This document shows, piece by piece, positions 1 through 9,750 of a stretch of 64,000 bases of DNA. The notes under the pieces were generated by a model. The model had not been told where the DNA came from. It saw only the letters and a program-made list of their open reading frames with translations, and made no database searches. The stretch's first letter is position 1. Every line of letters begins with the position of its first letter. The translations under genes and the position numbers were made by a program. Source of the DNA: Acidimicrobiia bacterium (lineage in GTDB: Bacteria; Actinomycetota; Acidimicrobiia; Spongiisociales; ZC4RG35). The stretch spans positions 874 through 64,873 of the forward strand of contig JAWOJB010000063.1 in NCBI GenBank assembly GCA_046484325.1, written 5' to 3'.

Positions 1-660
1 GGCGGCGGCCAGCTCCTCGAACGTCCCCCGGCGCTTGAGCGCCTGGGAATCGAGGATGCGGCGCTCATATGCCTCGAGATCGGCGTGTTGCAGGCGTTCG
101 GCCTGGGTGGGGAAGGCGCCGGGCGCAACCCCGTTGACCCGGATCTCGTGGGGGCCCAGCTCGCGGGCCAGGGCCCGGGTCATGGCCACGATCGCCCCCT
201 TGGCCGCCACATACGGCGACATGCCGGCCCAGAAGCCGTGCCACGTGATCGAGGCGACGTTGACGACCGCCCCCGGACGCCCGCCTGCGATCATCGAGCG
301 AGCCGCCTGCTGGGTGCAGAGGAAGTAGGCCCGCTGGTTGACGGCGATCGTGTCGTCGTGCTCCTCCACGGTGACGTCGACGAACGGCTTCGAGGGGAAC
401 ACCGCGGCGTTGTTGACGAGCACCGACACCGATCCCAGTTCTGCCTCTGCCCGGCGGAAGGTCGCCTCGATCCCGGCGGCCGACCGGAGATCGCAGCGGT
501 AGGCGGCCGCGATCCCCCCACCGGCGGCGATGGCCGACGCCGTGCCGCCGGCCCCGTCGAGGTCGATGTCCACGATCGCCACCGGATGGCCGTCGGCGGC
601 GAGCCGGAGGGCGATGGCACCCCCCAGGGCACCGGCGGCGCCGGTCACGAGGGCGGTCAA
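1..660 (-). CDS. SDR-family oxidoreductase, 3' end cut by window edge
   Basis: Absent from the ORF track because no stop lies in the window. My reverse translation from TTG at 660 reads LTALVTGAAGALGGAIALRL (TGxxxGxG), LVNNAAVFPSKPF (420-382) and HGFWAGMSPYVAAKGAIVAM (240-181, YxxxK). The frame stays open to base 1. The TTG start overlaps the upstream stop (TTGA). Confidence 0.8.
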   Translation of the reverse strand, partial: MTALVTGAAGALGGAIALRLAADGHPVAIVDIDLDGAGGTASAIAAGGGIAAAYRCDLRSAAGIEATFRRAEAELGSVSVLVNNAAVFPSKPFVDVTVEEHDDTIAVNQRAYFLCTQQAARSMIAGGRPGAVVNVASITWHGFWAGMSPYVAAKGAIVAMTRALARELGPHEIRVNGVAPGAFPTQAERLQHADLEAYERRILDSQALKRRGTFEELAAA

Positions 661-2363
661 TGCGACTCCCGGGGGACGTCGGCGCCGCTCGACCCCACGA
701 GGAAGTCGAGATCGGCGCCGCGGTCGGCCTGGAGGACGTGCTCGACGTAGAGACGGACGTAGCCCCTCGCCGCCACAGGCGGCGGGGGCGACCATCCGGC
801 CCGGCGACGGGCGAGCTCGGCGTCGGGGACGTCGAGGGTCAGCGAGCGCCGCTCGACGTCGAGGGTGATGGGGTCACCCTCGTGGACCAGGGCCAGCGGG
901 CCCCCGGCGGCCGACTCGGGGGCGACGTGCAGCACCACCGTCCCGTAGGCGGTGCCGCTCATCCGGGCATCGGAGACACGCACCATGTCGGTGATGCCGC
1001 GCTCGAGCAGCTTGCGGGGCAGCGGCAGGTTCCCCACCTCCGGCATGCCGGGATACCCCTTTGGCCCGCAGCCCTTCAGCACGAGCACCGAGTCGGGCGA
1101 CACATCCAGTCCAGGGTCGTCGAGGCGTGTCCTGAGGTCCTCGACCGATTCGAAGACGACTGCCGGGCCGGTGTGGCGGAGCAGGTGGGCGGAGGCGGCG
1201 GCGGGCTTGATCACCGCTCCGTCGGGGGCGAGGTTGCCCCGCAGCACGGCGATCCCGGCGTCGGGGCGGATCGGATCCGACGCCGGCCGGATGACGTCGT
1301 CGCCGACCCGGTCGCCGAGCTGATCGGCGAGCGGCCTGCCCGAGACCGTCGCGGCCGTCAGGTCCAGCATCCCGGCCAGCTCCCGCAGCACCGCCGGGAC
1401 CCCACCGGCGTCGAAGAAGTCCTCCATGAGGTGTCGACCGGCCGGCATGAGGTCGACCAGCAGCGGGACGTCCCGGCCGAGGCCGTCCCAGTCGTCGAGG
1501 TCGAACGGCACGCCGATCCGGCCGGCGATGGCCAGCAGGTGGACCACGGCGTTCGTGGAGCCGCCGATGGCCGCACACACCTTCACGGCGTTCTCGAACG
1601 CCGAGCGGGTGAGAACCCTCGAGAGTCGAAGATCCTCGCCCACCATCTCCACGATGCGCCGGCCGGTGAGATGGGCGAGGACGAGCCGGCGCGAGTCGGG
1701 GGCGGGCACGGCGGCATTGCCGGGCAGGGTGAGCCCCATCGCCTCGACCAGCGATGCCATGGTCGAGGCGGTGCCCATGGTGTTGCAGAAACCCTTGCTC
1801 CGGGACATGCACGCCTCGGCGGCGAGGAACTCCTCAACCGCCAGCTCGCCGGCCCGGACGGCCTCGCCGAGCCTCCACACGTCGGTGCCGCTCCCGATCT
1901 TCCGGCCCCCGAACACGCCGCTCAGCTTGGGGCCGCCCGAGAGCACGATGGTCGGCAGGTCGACCGATGCCGCCCCCATGAGCTGGGCCGGGGTGTTCTT
2001 GTCGCATCCGCCCAACAGCACCACGCCATCGATCGGGTTTCCCCGGATCGACTCTTCCACATCCATGCTCATCAGGTTCCGGAAGAGCATGGCGGTGGGC
2101 AGCATCTGGGTCTCGCCGAGCGACATCGTCGGGAACTCGAGTGGCACGCCCCCCGCCTCCCACACCCCGCGCTTGACGTGCTCGGCGATCTCGTCCAGGT
2201 GGCTGTTGCAGGGCGTCAGCTCGGACCACGAGTTGCCGATGCCGATCATCGGCCTGCCCGAGAACAGGTCGGCGGGATGGCCGTCGGACTTCATCCACGA
2301 CCGGTGGATGAACGCGTCGCGGTCGAGCCCGGCGTACCAGCGGGCGGTCCGCAGCTCGGTCAT
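657..2363 (-). CDS. IlvD/Edd-family dehydratase (sugar-acid dehydratase-like)
   Basis: 568-aa ORF with family signatures GIGNSWSELTPCNSHL, LLGGCDKNTP, FCNTMGTASTM and GGSTNAVVHL. ATG at 2363. 4-nt start/stop overlaps with both neighbours. Confidence 0.9.
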   Translation of the reverse strand: MTELRTARWYAGLDRDAFIHRSWMKSDGHPADLFSGRPMIGIGNSWSELTPCNSHLDEIAEHVKRGVWEAGGVPLEFPTMSLGETQMLPTAMLFRNLMSMDVEESIRGNPIDGVVLLGGCDKNTPAQLMGAASVDLPTIVLSGGPKLSGVFGGRKIGSGTDVWRLGEAVRAGELAVEEFLAAEACMSRSKGFCNTMGTASTMASLVEAMGLTLPGNAAVPAPDSRRLVLAHLTGRRIVEMVGEDLRLSRVLTRSAFENAVKVCAAIGGSTNAVVHLLAIAGRIGVPFDLDDWDGLGRDVPLLVDLMPAGRHLMEDFFDAGGVPAVLRELAGMLDLTAATVSGRPLADQLGDRVGDDVIRPASDPIRPDAGIAVLRGNLAPDGAVIKPAAASAHLLRHTGPAVVFESVEDLRTRLDDPGLDVSPDSVLVLKGCGPKGYPGMPEVGNLPLPRKLLERGITDMVRVSDARMSGTAYGTVVLHVAPESAAGGPLALVHEGDPITLDVERRSLTLDVPDAELARRRAGWSPPPPVAARGYVRLYVEHVLQADRGADLDFLVGSSGADVPRESH

Positions 2364-3205
2364 GGGCCGCCCACCACCCGCAGCCGTTGCTCGCCGAGCC
2401 CGTCGATCCCCAGCGTCATCACGTCACCGGGTCGCAGCCACGGCGGATCGCTCATGCCGAGGGCAACCCCCGGTGGGGTCCCGGTGGCGATGACGTCGCC
2501 GGGATGAAGCGACATGAACCGGCTCACGTAGGCGACCAGGGCGTCGACCCCGAACACCATCGTCGCCGTGGTGCCGTCCTGACGGCGGACCCCGTTCACG
2601 TCGAGCCACAACCGGAGCCCCTGAGGATCGGGAACCTCGTCGGCCGTGACCAGCCAGGGCCCGAGCGGGCAGAAGGTGTCGGCGCTCTTGCCCTTCACCC
2701 ACTGCCCGGTGCCCTCGAGCTGGAACGACCGTTCCGACACGTCGTTGACGATGCAGTAGCCGGCGACATGGCGACCCGCATCGGCCTGGTCGACGTACCT
2801 GGCCGGGGTGCCGATCACCACGCCGAGCTCGACCTCCCAGTCGGTCTTCAGGGCCCCGGGCGGGAGCACCACGTCGTCGAAGGGACCGGAGATCGACGAG
2901 GTCGCCTTCGTGAAGATCACCGGCTCGACGGGGAGCTCCATCCCCGACTCGGTGGCGTGCTCCGCGTAGTTCAGCCCGATGCACACCACCTTCCCCACCC
3001 GGCCAACGCACGGTCCCAGGCGGGCATCGCGGGCCACCGGCGGAAGCCCGGCGGGGTCGAGGGCACGCAGCCGGTCGAGGCCCTCGGAGATCAGCACCTC
3101 GCCGGCGACGTCGTCGACGACGCCCGTGAGGTCGCGTACGACCCCCTCGGTGTCGACGATGCCGGGGCGCTCGGACCCGGGCACTCCGTGCCGGACCAGC
3201 CTCAC
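2360..3205 (-). CDS. fumarylacetoacetate hydrolase (FAH) family hydrolase
   Basis: 281-aa ORF. GLNYAEHATESG, KGKSADTFCPLGPW and HPGDVIATGTPPGV are typical of FAH-fold keto-acid hydrolases. The GTG start overlaps the upstream stop (GTGA). Confidence 0.85.
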   Translation of the reverse strand: MRLVRHGVPGSERPGIVDTEGVVRDLTGVVDDVAGEVLISEGLDRLRALDPAGLPPVARDARLGPCVGRVGKVVCIGLNYAEHATESGMELPVEPVIFTKATSSISGPFDDVVLPPGALKTDWEVELGVVIGTPARYVDQADAGRHVAGYCIVNDVSERSFQLEGTGQWVKGKSADTFCPLGPWLVTADEVPDPQGLRLWLDVNGVRRQDGTTATMVFGVDALVAYVSRFMSLHPGDVIATGTPPGVALGMSDPPWLRPGDVMTLGIDGLGEQRLRVVGGP

Positions 3206-3945
3206 AGCGACATCCCCCCGTCGATCACGAACACCGACCCGGTGACATAGGCGGACTCGTCGGATGCGAGGTAGACGGCGAGCGCGGCGATCTCGTCGGG
3301 GGTGCCGAGCCGTCCCATCGGTTGGCGGGTGACGAACGCCCCCATCGCCCGGTCGGCGTCACCGGTGGCGGCGAGGCGCTCGTGGAGCGAGGGGGTGTCC
3401 ACCGTGCCGGGGGCGATGGCGTTGCACCGGATCCCCCGGGTCACGAAATCGGCGGCCACCGACTTGGTGAGGCCGATCACGGCCGCCTTCGAGGCGCCGT
3501 AGGCGAATCGATCGGGGACACCGGCGACGCTGGAGACGACCGAGGCCATGTTGACGATGCTCCCCCGGCCCGCCTCGACCATGGCGGGGAGCAGGGCACG
3601 GATCACCCGGTACATCGAGGTGACGTTCACGGCGATGGCCATCTCCCAGTCCTCCTCGCTGCACTCGAGGACCGAGCCGGCCGGCACCACACCGGCGCAG
3701 TTGAAGAGGGCGTCGACCCGCCCGGCCACGCCGGCGAAGGCCTCCACCCCCGATCGATCGGTCACGTCGAGCCGATGGGGCCGGATCGCCGGATGCTCGG
3801 CGGCGAGCCCGCTCAAGCCGGCCTCGCGGCGATCCACCGCCCACACCGTGGCGCCCTCACGAGCGAAGGCCCCGGCTGCCGCCCGGCCGATGCCCTGCCC
3901 GGCTCCGGTCACGACCGCCACGGCACCGTCCATCCGGCCTCCCAT
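3202..3945 (-). CDS. SDR-family dehydrogenase
   Basis: C-terminal 247 aa of track ORF 3202..4305. Contains VAVVTGAGQGIGRA, NCAG and YGASKAAV (YxxxK). Start placed at ATG 3945 (ATGA overlap with the epimerase stop); ATG 3933 is equally possible. The remaining upstream part of the track ORF is Arg/Pro-rich and overlaps the epimerase gene. Confidence 0.85.
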   Translation of the reverse strand: MGGRMDGAVAVVTGAGQGIGRAAAGAFAREGATVWAVDRREAGLSGLAAEHPAIRPHRLDVTDRSGVEAFAGVAGRVDALFNCAGVVPAGSVLECSEEDWEMAIAVNVTSMYRVIRALLPAMVEAGRGSIVNMASVVSSVAGVPDRFAYGASKAAVIGLTKSVAADFVTRGIRCNAIAPGTVDTPSLHERLAATGDADRAMGAFVTRQPMGRLGTPDEIAALAVYLASDESAYVTGSVFVIDGGMSL

Positions 3946-4733
3946 CAGCCCCGGCCCTCCCAGGTCCATCGAGAGGTGGCGACGAGCGGGCGGCCGGGCT
4001 CGACGAGCGCCCCGTCGTCGTGGTTGAAGGCGTCGGGTGGAGCCGTCTGGGGCTCGACGCACACGGCATGGTCGCGCTCGTCGAAGACCACCACGTAGGG
4101 GCAGGTCGAAGCGAGCTCGAGTCGGAGCACCCCCTGCCAGCTCACCGCCGGCGGGCCTGTCAGGTCGCCGAAGCAGTCGTCCCACGGCCCGGCAGGGACC
4201 GGGACCCGTTCCCGGCCGGCGACACCGTCCGGGTCGCGCCGGTACATGTGCCCGGCGGTGAGCTCGACCCGGGCCGCGGCGCCGCCCACCGGGCGGCGGA
4301 ACCACGGATGCCAGCCCACCGAGGCCGGCATCGGCTCGTCGGCATGCACCTCCAGACGGAGATCGACCGAATCCTCACCCAGCTCCACCATCTGGCGGGC
4401 GTAGCCGGAGAACGGCCAGTCGTCTCCGAGCGGGCACACCCACCCCCCGCCGGCGTCGGGCTCCCAGCGGCGGGTGAAAACGGTCCCGTGGATGGCGTGG
4501 TCGCCCAGGTTGCGGGGGAGCCTGTGCTCGACCCCGCCGAACCGGAAACGGCCGCTCCGGACCCGCCCGGCGAAAGGCGCCATCGGGTAGCACCCCCATT
4601 CGATGGGCCCGGGGCCGGAGGTCACGAGCAGCTCGTGGCCGTGCACCCGGAGCGAGGCGATCCGGGCCCCGGCCTCCAGGTCGATGGACAGCTCGGCCGA
4701 GCCGGATTCCAGCGTCGCCATCGCAGAGGGCAT
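3945..4733 (-). CDS. aldose 1-epimerase (mutarotase-like) family protein
   Basis: Track ORF 3945..4838 trimmed to ATG 4733 (MPSAMATLESG; ATG 4721 is an alternative). GCYPMAPFAGRVRSGRFRFGG, HAIHGTVF and GWHPWF resemble the aldose epimerase fold. Confidence 0.7.
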   Translation of the reverse strand: MPSAMATLESGSAELSIDLEAGARIASLRVHGHELLVTSGPGPIEWGCYPMAPFAGRVRSGRFRFGGVEHRLPRNLGDHAIHGTVFTRRWEPDAGGGWVCPLGDDWPFSGYARQMVELGEDSVDLRLEVHADEPMPASVGWHPWFRRPVGGAAARVELTAGHMYRRDPDGVAGRERVPVPAGPWDDCFGDLTGPPAVSWQGVLRLELASTCPYVVVFDERDHAVCVEPQTAPPDAFNHDDGALVEPGRPLVATSRWTWEGRG

Positions 4734-4776
4734 GCCCGGCGAATCTACTCGGCCGGGACGGGCATATCGTCGGGCC

Positions 4777-5970
4777 GTGCGGTTCCGGCGCGTCCTGGTC
4801 GTGGCGGTGGTCGCCCTCGTGGCCGTGGGCATGTCCAAGGCCGCGCTGGGGGTGGCTTGGCCGGCAATGGCAACCGATCTCGGGCGGGACCTCGCCGAGT
4901 TGGGCGTCCTGCTCGCCGCCTTCCTCGTCGCCTACCTGGCCGCGACCATGGTGGGCGGCGACCTGATGGGCCGGTTCGGCCCGGGAGCGGTGCTCACCAC
5001 CGCAGGCGGGGTGGGGGCGGTGGCGCTCGTCGGGTACGCGCTGGCTCAGACCTGGACCATCCTCGTCGCCGCCGCCGTGCTGGCCGGGGCGGCGGGAGGT
5101 CTCGTCGACGTCGGGGTCAACGCCCGCATAGCGGTGGCCGGTGGCGCCCGCAGCATGGGCATCCTCCACGCCGGCTTCGGGGTGGGTGCCACCCTCGGGC
5201 CCCTGCTCATGGCCTCGCTGATCGCCTCGGGCGGCTCCTGGCGGGCCGGGTTCCTGGTCCTCGGCGCCGTGCAGTCGGTGGCGGCCGCCGGGTTCCTGGC
5301 CACCCGGTCGGGATGGGGCGAGGGGACGAGCCGGATCGGGCGGGGAGCCCGGCCCGCGCTGGAGGACGGTCCCCTGCTCGTCCTCTCGCTCGCCGTCTTC
5401 GCCCTCTACACGGGGCTCGAGGTCGGGGCGGCCCAGTGGTCGTTCACGCTCTTTACCGAGGGGAGATCGATCTCCCCGGGGGTGGCAGGGTTGGCGGTGG
5501 CCGGGTTCTGGGCCGGGATTACCGGGTCGCGGATCGTGCTCGGCGTCCTGGGGGATCGGCTGCCCCCCGGGCGAGCGTTGGCGATCGGCAGCACGACGGC
5601 AGCCGTGGCGATGGGGGTGATGTGGTGGAGCCCGGCACCCTGGACGGGCCCGGCCGCGCTGATGGCGGGCGGCCTCGCCCTCGGCCCGGTTTTCCCGCTG
5701 CTCATGCTCGCCACCCCGGTCCGGGTAGGCGTGGCCTTCACCCCCTGGGCGGTCGGCTACCAGATCGCCGCCGCCAGCGCCGGGGCGGCAGTCGTCCCAG
5801 GCGGCATCGGCCTCGCCGTGGGATGGGCGGGCCTGGAGGCAATCACGCCGGTCCTCCTGGTCGTCGCCGTCGGTCTCATCGCCGGCATCCGGGCGCTGGA
5901 GCGGCGCGGCGCGGGCCCGGAAGCCGGGCACCGGGGTCCGATGGCGAACCCGGCCGGCTCGTCGCCGTAG
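4777..5970 (+). CDS. MFS transporter
   Basis: Hydrophobic multi-helix profile with a GGDLMGRFGPG loop motif after the second helix. The start is ambiguous: GTG 4777 (VRFRRVLVV) is preferred, while ATG 4732 would abut the divergent epimerase start. Confidence 0.8.
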   Translation: MRFRRVLVVAVVALVAVGMSKAALGVAWPAMATDLGRDLAELGVLLAAFLVAYLAATMVGGDLMGRFGPGAVLTTAGGVGAVALVGYALAQTWTILVAAAVLAGAAGGLVDVGVNARIAVAGGARSMGILHAGFGVGATLGPLLMASLIASGGSWRAGFLVLGAVQSVAAAGFLATRSGWGEGTSRIGRGARPALEDGPLLVLSLAVFALYTGLEVGAAQWSFTLFTEGRSISPGVAGLAVAGFWAGITGSRIVLGVLGDRLPPGRALAIGSTTAAVAMGVMWWSPAPWTGPAALMAGGLALGPVFPLLMLATPVRVGVAFTPWAVGYQIAAASAGAAVVPGGIGLAVGWAGLEAITPVLLVVAVGLIAGIRALERRGAGPEAGHRGPMANPAGSSP

Positions 5971-5984
5971 GCGGGATCTCGACC

Positions 5985-6386
5985 TCAGCCGGACAGGAGA
6001 CCGGCCGCCATCACGGCCAGCTCGACGTCCTCGTGCTCGGGAAGCCCGCTCACCCCGATCGCCCCCACCACCTCGCCGTCGACCACGAGCGGGACGCCTC
6101 CACCCCAGGAGACGAACCGCACATCGCCGAAGTTCGACATCGGAAACCCCTCGGCCCGCGAGCGGGCACCCAGCTCGGAGGTGGCGATCCGCTCCCGGGC
6201 GGCGGTGAACGCCTTGTTGATCGCGATCGTGATCGATGGCAACCGGCAGCCGTCGGTCCGGACGAACGCGAGAAGCTCACCGTGGGCATCGACGACGGCC
6301 ACGGCGGCTCCCGCGCCCTGCGATTCGAGCTCCGTCCGCACGGCGTCGACCAGCCGGAGGGCGTCGGCGTGGGAGAGATCGGGCAT
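5985..6386 (-). CDS. GlcG/HbpS-like (DUF336) heme-binding protein
   Basis: Track ORF 5985..6638 trimmed to ATG 6386 (MPDLSHADALRLV). AVVDAHGELLAF, SITIAINKAFTAA and GGGVPLVVDGEVVGAIGVSG are typical of the GlcG family. It starts 3 nt after the upstream stop. Confidence 0.8.
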   Translation of the reverse strand: MPDLSHADALRLVDAVRTELESQGAGAAVAVVDAHGELLAFVRTDGCRLPSITIAINKAFTAARERIATSELGARSRAEGFPMSNFGDVRFVSWGGGVPLVVDGEVVGAIGVSGLPEHEDVELAVMAAGLLSG

Positions 6387-6388
6387 GT

Positions 6389-7534
6389 TCACCTCACCTC
6401 GGTCAGGGCGATGGGGCACCGCTCGCGGGCCGAAAGGATCGCCGCCTCCATCACCCGTTGGGTCTCGTAGGCGTCGGCGAAGTCGGGGAGCGGGACCGGA
6501 GGCTCCACCCCCGACAGGGCGCCGACGATGTCGGCCGCCTGGTTCACGAACGTGTGCTCGTAGCCGAGCCAGTGGCCATCGGGCCACCAGGCGGAGGCGT
6601 AGGGATGCTCGGGATCGGTGACAAGCACGCTCCGCCAACCACGCTCGGCCGGGGCGAGCCGGGCGTCGAAGACCCCGAGCTCGTTCATCCGCTCGAAGTC
6701 GAATCGAATCGCCCCGTGCTCGCCGTGGATTTCGATCCGGTGGGAGTTCTTGTACCCCGTGGCGAGCCTCGTGGCCTCGAAGCTGGCCACCGCCCCTCCG
6801 GCGAACCGGCCGAGGAACAGGACGGCATCGTCGACCGTGCTCGGCGCCCGCCTGGAAGGATCCTCGGGCAGGGGCCGCTCCGCCACGAACCTGGCCTCGA
6901 TCGCCCCGGCCACCTCGACGAACTCCTCACCGGTGAGGAATCGGGCCAGGTCGATGATATGGGCGTTGAGGTCGCCGTGGGCACCCGATCCGGCCTCCTC
7001 TCCCCGGAAGCGCCAGAGGAGCGGGGTCTCGGGCCCGCCCCAGCTCTGGAGGTAGACGGCGCGGACGTGGCGGACGGGGCCGACGAGGCCGTCCCTCACC
7101 AGTCGGTGGGCGTAGGCGAGAGCCGGGACCCGCCGGTAGTTGAACCACACGAAGGTGCGGGCGTCCGAACCGGCGGCCGCCGAGGCCATCTCGAGGGCAT
7201 CGGCCAGGGTGCCCGCGAGCGGCTTCTCGCAGGCCACGTGCTTCCCGGCCTGGAGGGCGGCCATGGCCTGGTCGCGGTGGAGATGGTTGGGGGTGGCGAC
7301 GTCGACGAGCCTGACCGCGGGATCGGCCACCGCCTCCTCCCAGCGGGCCGTCCATCGTCGCCACCCGAACCGCGGGCCGAAGCCGGCCAGGTACTCGGTG
7401 TCGCGGGCGGCCACCACCTCGAGGGTCGGGTGCGCCGGCAGGTCGAAGAAGCGGGGAGCCTGGCTCCAGGCGTTGGAGTGGGCCCTGCCCATGAACTTCG
7501 ATCCCAACAGCGCGACGCCCAGGCCCTGGCTCAT
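6389..7534 (-). CDS. Gfo/Idh/MocA-family oxidoreductase
   Basis: Track ORF 6389..8146 trimmed to ATG 7534 (MSQGLGVALLGSKFMGRAHS, Rossmann N-terminus). VACEKPLA motif. 381 aa. Confidence 0.85.
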   Translation of the reverse strand: MSQGLGVALLGSKFMGRAHSNAWSQAPRFFDLPAHPTLEVVAARDTEYLAGFGPRFGWRRWTARWEEAVADPAVRLVDVATPNHLHRDQAMAALQAGKHVACEKPLAGTLADALEMASAAAGSDARTFVWFNYRRVPALAYAHRLVRDGLVGPVRHVRAVYLQSWGGPETPLLWRFRGEEAGSGAHGDLNAHIIDLARFLTGEEFVEVAGAIEARFVAERPLPEDPSRRAPSTVDDAVLFLGRFAGGAVASFEATRLATGYKNSHRIEIHGEHGAIRFDFERMNELGVFDARLAPAERGWRSVLVTDPEHPYASAWWPDGHWLGYEHTFVNQAADIVGALSGVEPPVPLPDFADAYETQRVMEAAILSARERCPIALTEVR

Positions 7535-7570
7535 CGCCCCCACGCTATCGCAGGTCGCGCCCGGTACGGT

Positions 7571-8119
7571 GTGGCGGTCGTGGAGGCGTTCACCGTCCAG
7601 TTCCTCAAGTACCCGGACCGGCTTCACTGGCGCCACGACATGGTCCATCTCGGCGAGGACGAGCACGGCACCTGGCTGGGGGCACCGGCCGGCACGATCG
7701 TCCAGAAGGGCGACGAGCCCCCGATCGCCTGGCAGCACCCATTCGTACAGCTCATACCCCGCACCGGTTGGTTCGCCATGATCCGCAACCTCGCGCCGAC
7801 GCGTTACGAGCTGTACGTCGACGTCACGGCCGGGTCCCGGCTGTCGGCGGGTCGCGCCGAGATGATCGACCTCGACCTCGACGTCGTGCGGCGGGTCGAC
7901 GGATCGGTCGAGCTCCTCGACGAGGACGAGTTCGTCGAGCACCGGATCGCCCTCGGCTACCCGGCATGGATGGCCATAAGGGCCCGGGCCACCGCCGCCA
8001 GGCTCGTCTCGGCCCTGGAGGAGCACCGGGAGCCGTTCGGGATTGCGGCCGAGCCCTGGATGCGCCGGCTCGAAGGATCCTGTGGAAATCCCGCCCCGGT
8101 GGGCCGCCGACTGCCATGA
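7571..8119 (+). CDS. DUF402-domain protein (nucleoside di/triphosphatase-like)
   Basis: Last 182 aa of track ORF 6236..8119. Contains KYPDRLHWRHD, YELYVDVT and IDLDLDVVRRVDGSVELLDEDEF. GTG 7571 is chosen as the first start after the divergent Gfo gene. Confidence 0.7.
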   Translation: MAVVEAFTVQFLKYPDRLHWRHDMVHLGEDEHGTWLGAPAGTIVQKGDEPPIAWQHPFVQLIPRTGWFAMIRNLAPTRYELYVDVTAGSRLSAGRAEMIDLDLDVVRRVDGSVELLDEDEFVEHRIALGYPAWMAIRARATAARLVSALEEHREPFGIAAEPWMRRLEGSCGNPAPVGRRLP

Positions 8120-8147
8120 TCCGCTCGTCACCGAGCGGGAGAGCACC

Positions 8148-8678
8148 GTGAACTTCCAGGCGATCTGGCAGCGAATTCAGCGAGCCGTCAAGTTGGAGCC
8201 GGGGGTCTATGCCGAGATCGGCGGCGACGGCGCCGCCACGGGCCAGGCCATCGCGGTGGTGGGTGTCGCCTCCCTCATCAGCGGGCTCAGCGCCCTCTTC
8301 ACGAGCGCCAGGTTCAGCTTTCTCGGCTGGATCATCGGAGCCGCCCTCGCCGCCACGGTCGGCCTGGCCATCGGCGCCGGGATCCTCTGGCTCGTGTCCC
8401 GTCTATTCGGCGCCACCGGATCGTTCGAGTCGCTGTTCCGCAGCCTCGGCTTCGCCGCCGCCCCGTCCGCCCTGGGCATCATCCCCTTCCTCGGGGGGCT
8501 CGTGGGGGGCATCTGGTCGCTGATCCTGGCGATCCGGGCGGTGAAGGAGACCCAAAGCGTCTCGGATGGGGCGGCGATCGCGATCGTGCTCATCCCGGCG
8601 GCGATCGTCTTCGTCATCGGCCTGGTGGTCGCGTTGATCGCCGGGCTCGCGTTCCTCGGATTCGCCGCGACTCGCTGA
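8148..8678 (+). CDS. Yip1-family integral membrane protein
   Basis: GTG 8148 preceded by gggagag. N-terminus [19 protein letters not shown] followed by about 5 hydrophobic helices, as in Yip1-domain proteins. Confidence 0.65.
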   Translation: MNFQAIWQRIQRAVKLEPGVYAEIGGDGAATGQAIAVVGVASLISGLSALFTSARFSFLGWIIGAALAATVGLAIGAGILWLVSRLFGATGSFESLFRSLGFAAAPSALGIIPFLGGLVGGIWSLILAIRAVKETQSVSDGAAIAIVLIPAAIVFVIGLVVALIAGLAFLGFAATR

Positions 8679-8715
8679 CGGCCTGCTGCGCGCCCAACCC
8701 GGCGAGGGCGGTAGC

Positions 8716-9747
8716 GTGGCGCCCATGCCGACCGTGCCGGTCGAGGTTCGCGACACCCGGGGACGACCGGTCCGCGATCTGCGGATCTCGGTCACCGACC
8801 GGTGCAACTTCCGCTGCACCTATTGCATGCCGAAGGAGATCTTCAACCGGGACTACGAGTTCCTGGCTCGCGACCTGCTGCTCAGCTTCGAGGAGATCAC
8901 CCGGGTAGCACGGGCGTTCGCCGCCCACGGCGTCCGCAAGCTCCGGCTCACCGGAGGCGAGCCATTGCTGCGCAAGGGCATCGAGGACCTGGTGGCGATG
9001 CTGGCGGCCATCCCCGGGATCGACGACGTCACCCTCACGACCAACGGTGCGCTGCTCACCCGTAAGGCCTCCGGGCTCAGGTCCGCCGGCCTCCGCCGGG
9101 TCACCGTGAGCCTCGACTCGCTCGACGACGCCGTCTTCACCGCCATGAACGACGTCGGATTCCCGGTGCGGGCGGTCCTCGACGGGATCGAGGCCGCGGC
9201 CGTCGCCGGGCTGTCCCCCGTCAAGGTCAACATGGTGGTGAAGCGGGGGGTCAACGACGGATCGATTCTCGAGATGGCCGAGCACTTCCGCCACACAGGC
9301 CACGTCCTCCGCTTCATCGAGTTCATGGACGTCGGCACCACCAATGGCTGGCGCCTCGACGATGTGGTGCCCGCCGCCGAGATCGTCGAGACGATCCACC
9401 GGGCCTTCCCGCTCGAGCCTGCCCAACCCAACTACCGGGGAGAGGTGGCCCGCCGCTACCGCTACCGGGACGGTGCCGGGGAAGTCGGGCTGATCGCCTC
9501 GGTGAGCCAGCCCTTCTGCGGCGACTGCACCCGCGTCCGGCTGTCGGCCGAGGGGCGGATCTACACCTGCCTGTTCGCCTCCGGGGGCACCGACCTCCGC
9601 ACCCCGCTGCGAGAGGGGGCGAGCGACGAGGACCTCGAGCGGGTGATCGGAGCGGTGTGGACGGCCAGGACCGATCGGTATTCGGAGATCCGGTCGGAGC
9701 AGACGAGCGGGCTCGAGCGGGTGGAGATGAGCTACATCGGAGGTTGA
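8716..9747 (+). CDS. moaA: GTP 3',8-cyclase (molybdenum cofactor biosynthesis protein A)
   Basis: Radical-SAM [10 protein letters not shown] motif, [14 protein letters not shown], and the C-terminal [14 protein letters not shown] cluster. Start at GTG 8716 or ATG 8725. Confidence 0.9.
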   Translation: MAPMPTVPVEVRDTRGRPVRDLRISVTDRCNFRCTYCMPKEIFNRDYEFLARDLLLSFEEITRVARAFAAHGVRKLRLTGGEPLLRKGIEDLVAMLAAIPGIDDVTLTTNGALLTRKASGLRSAGLRRVTVSLDSLDDAVFTAMNDVGFPVRAVLDGIEAAAVAGLSPVKVNMVVKRGVNDGSILEMAEHFRHTGHVLRFIEFMDVGTTNGWRLDDVVPAAEIVETIHRAFPLEPAQPNYRGEVARRYRYRDGAGEVGLIASVSQPFCGDCTRVRLSAEGRIYTCLFASGGTDLRTPLREGASDEDLERVIGAVWTARTDRYSEIRSEQTSGLERVEMSYIGG

Positions 9748-9750
9748 GCC

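Noticed and set aside
660-2507. 615-aa plus-strand ORF opposite the IlvD/Edd gene
   Set aside because: It is a shadow ORF. The opposite strand encodes a protein with multiple unambiguous family motifs.
4020-6470. 816-aa plus-strand ORF
   Set aside because: It is antisense to the epimerase and GlcG genes and out of frame with the MFS gene. Its composition is dominated by Arg/Gly/Pro with no motifs, which is a typical high-GC shadow ORF.
8679-8715. Moco riboswitch upstream of moaA
   Set aside because: The intergenic space is only about 37 nt, far too short for that element.
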